A stretch of 44,524 nt of DNA. It comes from Clostridia bacterium. GTDB lineage: Bacteria; Bacillota; Clostridia; Christensenellales; RUG350. This document shows, piece by piece, positions 41,510-44,524 of this stretch. Under the pieces are notes generated by a model that saw only the letters and a program-made list of their open reading frames with translations, did no database searches and had not been told where the DNA came from. Each line of letters begins with the position of its first letter. The first letter of the stretch is position 1. The position numbers and the translations under genes are program-made. The stretch spans positions 1 through 44,524 of the forward strand of contig JAZSRG010000171.1 in the NCBI GenBank assembly GCA_045538365.1, in the 5' to 3' direction.

Positions 41510-42366
41510 ATGAACGAACAATTGAACAAAAAGATAAGTTTTGCGATTTCAATAATTCAGAGTGCCGCAGAGCAAGCCGGGAAAGCCGGGCAACCGTTAG
41601 AAATATGTTACAGCGGGGGCAAGGATTCCGACGTAATTTTAGAATTGGCGAAAATGGCATTGAGGGGGGGGGGCAATACCGCGCAATTTATAAAAACACG
41701 ACAATTGACCCGCCGGGAACAATTAAGCATTGCAAGGAAAAAGGCGTTGAAATTCTCCAACCAAAAACGACGTTCCGGGAACTTATCGAAAAACGTGGCA
41801 GTCCGTCCCGATTTCGCCGCCATTGTTGCGAGGTATTGAAAGAATACAAAGTATTGGATTATGCCGTTGTAGGAATCAGACGAAGCGAAAGCGTTAAAAG
41901 GGCGCAACGATATAAAGAACCCGAAATTTGCCGCGTCTATAACAGCAAAGAAAAGGTAAGGCAATATTTACCGATTCTTGAGTGGACGGATAAAGACGTT
42001 GAAGATTTCATTTTGATTCGCGGGATAAAATGCCACCCGCTTTATTACGACGAAATGGGGAATTTTCATGTTGAACGACGGTTGGGTTGCATCGGTTGCC
42101 CATTGCAATCCCAAAAGCAAAGACGGGGAGAATTTGCCCGTTTTCCTAAAATGTTACGTCTTTACGTCCAGGCGCAACAAAAGTTTGTTGATACGCACCC
42201 GAATTGTAAAAGTAGGGAATATTTCAAGGATGCAAGCGAAACATTTGTTTACGAACTTTATTGTAATAATATAGTCGAATTTCGGGAAAAGTTCAAATGC
42301 AATTTATTTGATTCCGGGATTGACTGCAAAACGTATCTTGAAAATCAATTTGGCGTGAAACTTTGA
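41510..42366 (+). CDS. PAPS reductase / DndC-like PP-loop ATPase; reading frame broken at a G10 tract
   Basis: Frame A (41510-) gives ...EICYSGGKDSDVILELAKMALRGGG. Frame B continues QYRAIYKNTTIDPPGT...RHCCEVLK...GIRRSESVKRA...LGCIGCP. G11, G8 or a -1 shift restores one 285-aa protein. Confidence 0.75.
41664..41673 (+). repeat. Poly-G tract G10 (frame-breaking)
   Basis: cattgaGGGGGGGGGGcaatacc. Confidence 0.95.
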
Positions 42367-42399
42367 TTTTAGCCCGAATTTGGCGTTATCTTCTGTAAA

Positions 42400-42621
42400 A
42401 TGATAAAGAGTATTGACGACATGGCAAAAGCCCCGCAAATCGAAAATTCGGCAAAAATAACGTTGGAATCATTCGCCGAACTTGCAAAGCAAATGCGACA
42501 TGCACAACGTCGTTATCGGAGATTTGGCAAATTGGAAATATTGGAACAAATGGAACGATTAGAAGCGGAATTTGATTTGCTGATTGCGGAAATATTAGAA
42601 CCACAACCGAAATTATTTTGA
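42400..42621 (+). CDS. Hypothetical helical protein (73 aa)
   Basis: ATG ORF between the two modification genes. Confidence 0.55.
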   Translation: MIKSIDDMAKAPQIENSAKITLESFAELAKQMRHAQRRYRRFGKLEILEQMERLEAEFDLLIAEILEPQPKLF

Positions 42622-42622
42622 T

Positions 42623-43277
42623 ATGTTAATAGAAAGATTTGGTACAATTACATTGGTTTGCGGGGATTGCATGGAATACATGCAGAATTGCCCGGATAAA
42701 TCATTTGATTTGGCGATTGTTGACCCGCCGTATGGATTAGGCATTGACGGGCAAAAAGAGCAGAAAAGCAAAAACCCGAAACACAGCCGAAAATATCATA
42801 AAAGAAAAAATTGGGATGATGCAACGCCGGACAAAATGTATTTTACCGAATTGGAAAGAGTTACGAAAAATCAAATTATATGGGGGGGGGAATTACTTTG
42901 TTGAACATTTGCACAAAGGAACAAAAGGTTGGATTGTATGGTTTAAGGGTCAAACCGGGTTAACAATGAGCGATTGCGAATTGGCGTATAGTTCGTTTAA
43001 TTGCGTAACGCGCGTTGTTACTATCAATCGCGGGGAACTTGTTAAACAAAATACATTCCACCCCACAGAAAAGCCGTTAAAGTTATATGAATGGCTGTTG
43101 ACTAATTATGCCGAACCGGGGCAAAAGATAATTGACACGCACGGCGGAAGTATGAGCCATGCGATAGCGGCGCACAAATTGGGTTTTGATTTGACGATAA
43201 TAGAGAAAGACCCGGAATATTACGCGCAAGCGAAAGCCCGGTTGTTGGAGTATCAAAAGCAATTAACATTATTTTAA
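42623..43277 (+). CDS. Beta-class N6-adenine/N4-cytosine DNA methyltransferase; reading frame broken at a G9 tract
   Basis: N-terminal part has LAIVDPPYGLG (motif IV). C-terminal part has FHPTEKPLKLYEWLL and IIDTHGGSMS (motif I). G8 would read ...NQIIWGGNYFVEHL in one frame. Confidence 0.8.
42882..42890 (+). repeat. Poly-G tract G9 (frame-breaking)
   Basis: attataTGGGGGGGGGaattac. Confidence 0.95.
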
Positions 43278-43283
43278 TAATTC

Positions 43284-43316
43284 ATTCCCGGCGTATAATG
43301 CACCGGGAATTTTTTG
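43284..43316 (+). terminator. Intrinsic terminator
   Basis: ATTCCCGG-11 nt-CCGGGAAT followed by TTTTTT. Confidence 0.75.
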
Positions 43317-43346
43317 CAAAAAAATGTGAAAAATTAAAGTAAAAGT

Positions 43347-43377
43347 TTTGGTATTTCAAAAAATAATGCTACCTTTG
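43347..43377 (+). promoter_or_regulatory. Early promoter P3
   Basis: TTTG (43347-50), 19-nt spacer, TACCTTTG (43370-77). Confidence 0.7.
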
Positions 43378-43403
43378 CATTGTTGAATTAAGACAACGAC
43401 CGA

Positions 43404-43419
43404 CGGGGCGGATTCCTCG
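43404..43419 (+). promoter_or_regulatory. Early-leader hairpin copy 6 (CGGGG-CGGATT-CCTCG, includes a G-U pair), 20 nt upstream of ATG 43440
   Basis: Pairs only if a G-U wobble is allowed, which argues for RNA-level structure. Confidence 0.6.
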
Positions 43420-43439
43420 AACCGATAAAGAGAAACAAA

Positions 43440-43670
43440 ATGAACGCAACATTAACAGCAGTAAAAAAGAATCTTGAAACCGTATTGTCAAAGGTAGCCG
43501 GAATCGAAGTTGAAATAACATTTGCACGTATTAACATGGTTACTATCTGTTGGGACGGCGAAAACGAAACAGCGTTTGAGAAATTGCAAAAATACTTCGA
43601 CGGTAAATTATACGGATATGAATATGACGCAGAATGTGAATTGTCCGTTTGCTGTCTGAACTACAAGTAA
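43440..43670 (+). CDS. Hypothetical early protein (76 aa)
   Basis: ATG ORF downstream of P3 and the hairpin. Confidence 0.65.
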   Translation: MNATLTAVKKNLETVLSKVAGIEVEITFARINMVTICWDGENETAFEKLQKYFDGKLYGYEYDAECELSVCCLNYK

Positions 43671-43676
43671 AACACC

Positions 43677-43692
43677 GGGGGCGCAAGCCCCC
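43677..43692 (+). promoter_or_regulatory. Stable GC hairpin with GCAA tetraloop and no T tract
   Basis: GGGGGC-GCAA-GCCCCC, 7 nt after the stop codon. Possibly an mRNA-stabilising or processing element. Confidence 0.45.
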
Positions 43693-43707
43693 AACCAAAT
43701 ACAGCGA

Positions 43708-43723
43708 CCCGGCGCGTTCCGGG
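43708..43723 (+). promoter_or_regulatory. Early-leader hairpin copy 7 (CCCGG-CGCGTT-CCGGG), 18 nt upstream of ATG 43742
   Basis: The flank acagcgaCCCGG is identical to copy 2. Confidence 0.7.
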
Positions 43724-43741
43724 AAATTAAAATAACAAGCC

Positions 43742-44059
43742 ATGAAAGCAAACGAAATCAATTGGAACGAAAGGGACATGTTAATTTTTAACGCCAACCC
43801 CGCAAGAGGACATTATAAATTTATGATGCGTTTGGGACGCTGTTTGCCAACCACAAAGGCGCAAGCAAAATATTTCATTTCCGAGGGCATACATATTGAC
43901 GTACTTAACAATATAGATGTTGCGATTGTCGAAAAGATATTGAATGAAGCGGGATTTGTCGGAAACTATCAATTTACCAAAAGTAAACGTTGGGTTCGTC
44001 TTATCAATCAAAGCGACTTACACCGTGCATTTGCAAAGAAATTTGGACTTAAATACTAA
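43742..44059 (+). CDS. Hypothetical early protein (105 aa)
   Basis: ATG ORF. Confidence 0.65.
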   Translation: MKANEINWNERDMLIFNANPARGHYKFMMRLGRCLPTTKAQAKYFISEGIHIDVLNNIDVAIVEKILNEAGFVGNYQFTKSKRWVRLINQSDLHRAFAKKFGLKY

Positions 44060-44066
44060 CATACAG

Positions 44067-44092
44067 AACCGGGGCAAAACCCCGGTTTTTTC
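44067..44092 (+). terminator. Intrinsic terminator
   Basis: AACCGGGG-caaaa-CCCCGGTT followed by TTTTCTTTTC. Confidence 0.8.
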
Positions 44093-44129
44093 TTTTCTGT
44101 AAAAATTTTGCAAAATTTATATTAAAACT

Positions 44130-44160
44130 TTTGGAAATTAAAAATATATCCTTACCTTTG
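44130..44160 (+). promoter_or_regulatory. Early promoter P4 (drives gene 116 across the unit junction)
   Basis: TTTG (44130-33), 19-nt spacer, TACCTTTG (44153-60). The cassette is nearly identical to P1 and P2. Confidence 0.75.
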
Positions 44161-44171
44161 TAACGTTGTTA

Positions 44172-44267
44172 ATGAAAGACCCCACGACCAAGCCAATACA
44201 CAAACGAGGTCGTTATAAGGCAAAAGCCGTAAGAGTTGTAAGAAGCACGGGAACAACAAAGGGTTAA
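44172..44267 (+). CDS. Possible 31-aa highly basic leader ORF
   Basis: Hand translation MKDPTTKPIHKRGRYKAKAVRVVRSTGTTKG. Its stop codon lies inside the CAAAGGGTTAA motif. May be non-coding. Confidence 0.2.
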   Translation: MKDPTTKPIHKRGRYKAKAVRVVRSTGTTKG

Positions 44268-44393
44268 ATGAGGGTTCGGTAACCGATTAAATGAAGCGAT
44301 AAAGCCCGAAACTTTCAGAAACAACAACGAATAAAGACGACCGGGCGATTTCCCGGAACATTAAACAAAATTTATTATGGATTCAGTATTTGA
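44262..44393. repeat. Right copy of the exact 132-bp direct repeat
   Basis: Identical to 1..132 (offset 44261). Confidence 0.95.
44341..44356 (+). promoter_or_regulatory. Early-leader hairpin copy 8 (duplicate of copy 1 within the terminal repeat)
   Basis: Same sequence as 80..95. Confidence 0.7.
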
Positions 44394-44524
44394 GTTAGAT
44401 TTCCCCGTTCCTCACCCGTCGCGGCTAACGCCGCGCCACCCTCCCCCCGGGGGAGGATATTTTGCACATTCACCTCTTGTCTGGCATATCCTGATAAGAG
44501 GTGATTTTTATGCCCATTGTGGAT
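44394..44524. other. 131 nt of unrelated, GC-richer, hairpin-dense sequence after the repeat (host flank, variant path or chimeric end)
   Basis: Hairpins CGCGGC-TAAC-GCCGCG (44420-35), CCTCCC-cccgg-GGGAGG (44440-56), and CACCTCTT-17 nt-AAGAGGTG followed by ATTTTTA (44471-44509). The ATG at 44377 stays open to the window end. Confidence 0.5.

Overview
The window holds about one unit length (44,261 bp) of a tailed dsDNA phage genome. An exact 132-bp direct repeat (1..132 = 44262..44393) closes the unit, and 131 nt of unrelated hairpin-rich sequence follows (44394..44524). All credible genes (about 70) are on the + strand; every long minus-strand ORF overlaps a better + strand gene. Modules: (i) early recombination/nucleotide genes at 116..9183 (SMC/SbcC-like ATPase, DEDDh exonuclease, SSB, ASCH-like, MazG-like); (ii) packaging, head and tail genes at 9463..28842 (small and large terminase, portal-like, scaffold-like, major capsid candidate, 1007-aa tape measure, baseplate/fiber proteins); (iii) lysis genes at 28856..31334 (holin, amidase endolysin, spanin-like); (iv) early/replication/DNA-modification genes at 31821..44059 (many small ORFs, tRNA-Gln(UUG), Cro/CI-like HTH, PD-(D/E)XK nuclease, replication-initiator-like wHTH protein, RuvC-like resolvase, PAPS-reductase-like PP-loop protein, two DNA methyltransferase-like genes). 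Five promoters fit the Bacteroidota sigma-A consensus (TTTG-N19-TAnnTTTG) and start codons lack Shine-Dalgarno motifs, so a Bacteroidota host is inferred. I found no integrase, CRISPR array, reverse transcriptase or transposase. The main observations are: (1) four covarying stem-loops with an invariant C-AAAGGGTTA-G loop upstream of packaging and capsid genes; (2) an eight-copy tRNA T-arm-like GC hairpin placed 16-20 nt upstream of early-gene start codons; (3) four G8-G10 tracts, all on the coding strand, three of them in the DNA-modification cluster, two of which break the reading frame (PAPS-reductase-like gene and N6/N4 methyltransferase); (4) a 21 x 9-aa Cys-containing repeat array in the tail fiber carrying 65-nt exact DNA repeats; (5) a candidate promoter-to-terminator small RNA or attenuator; (6) the unusual right-end junction. 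Protein family calls come from motifs read by eye. No database search was run.
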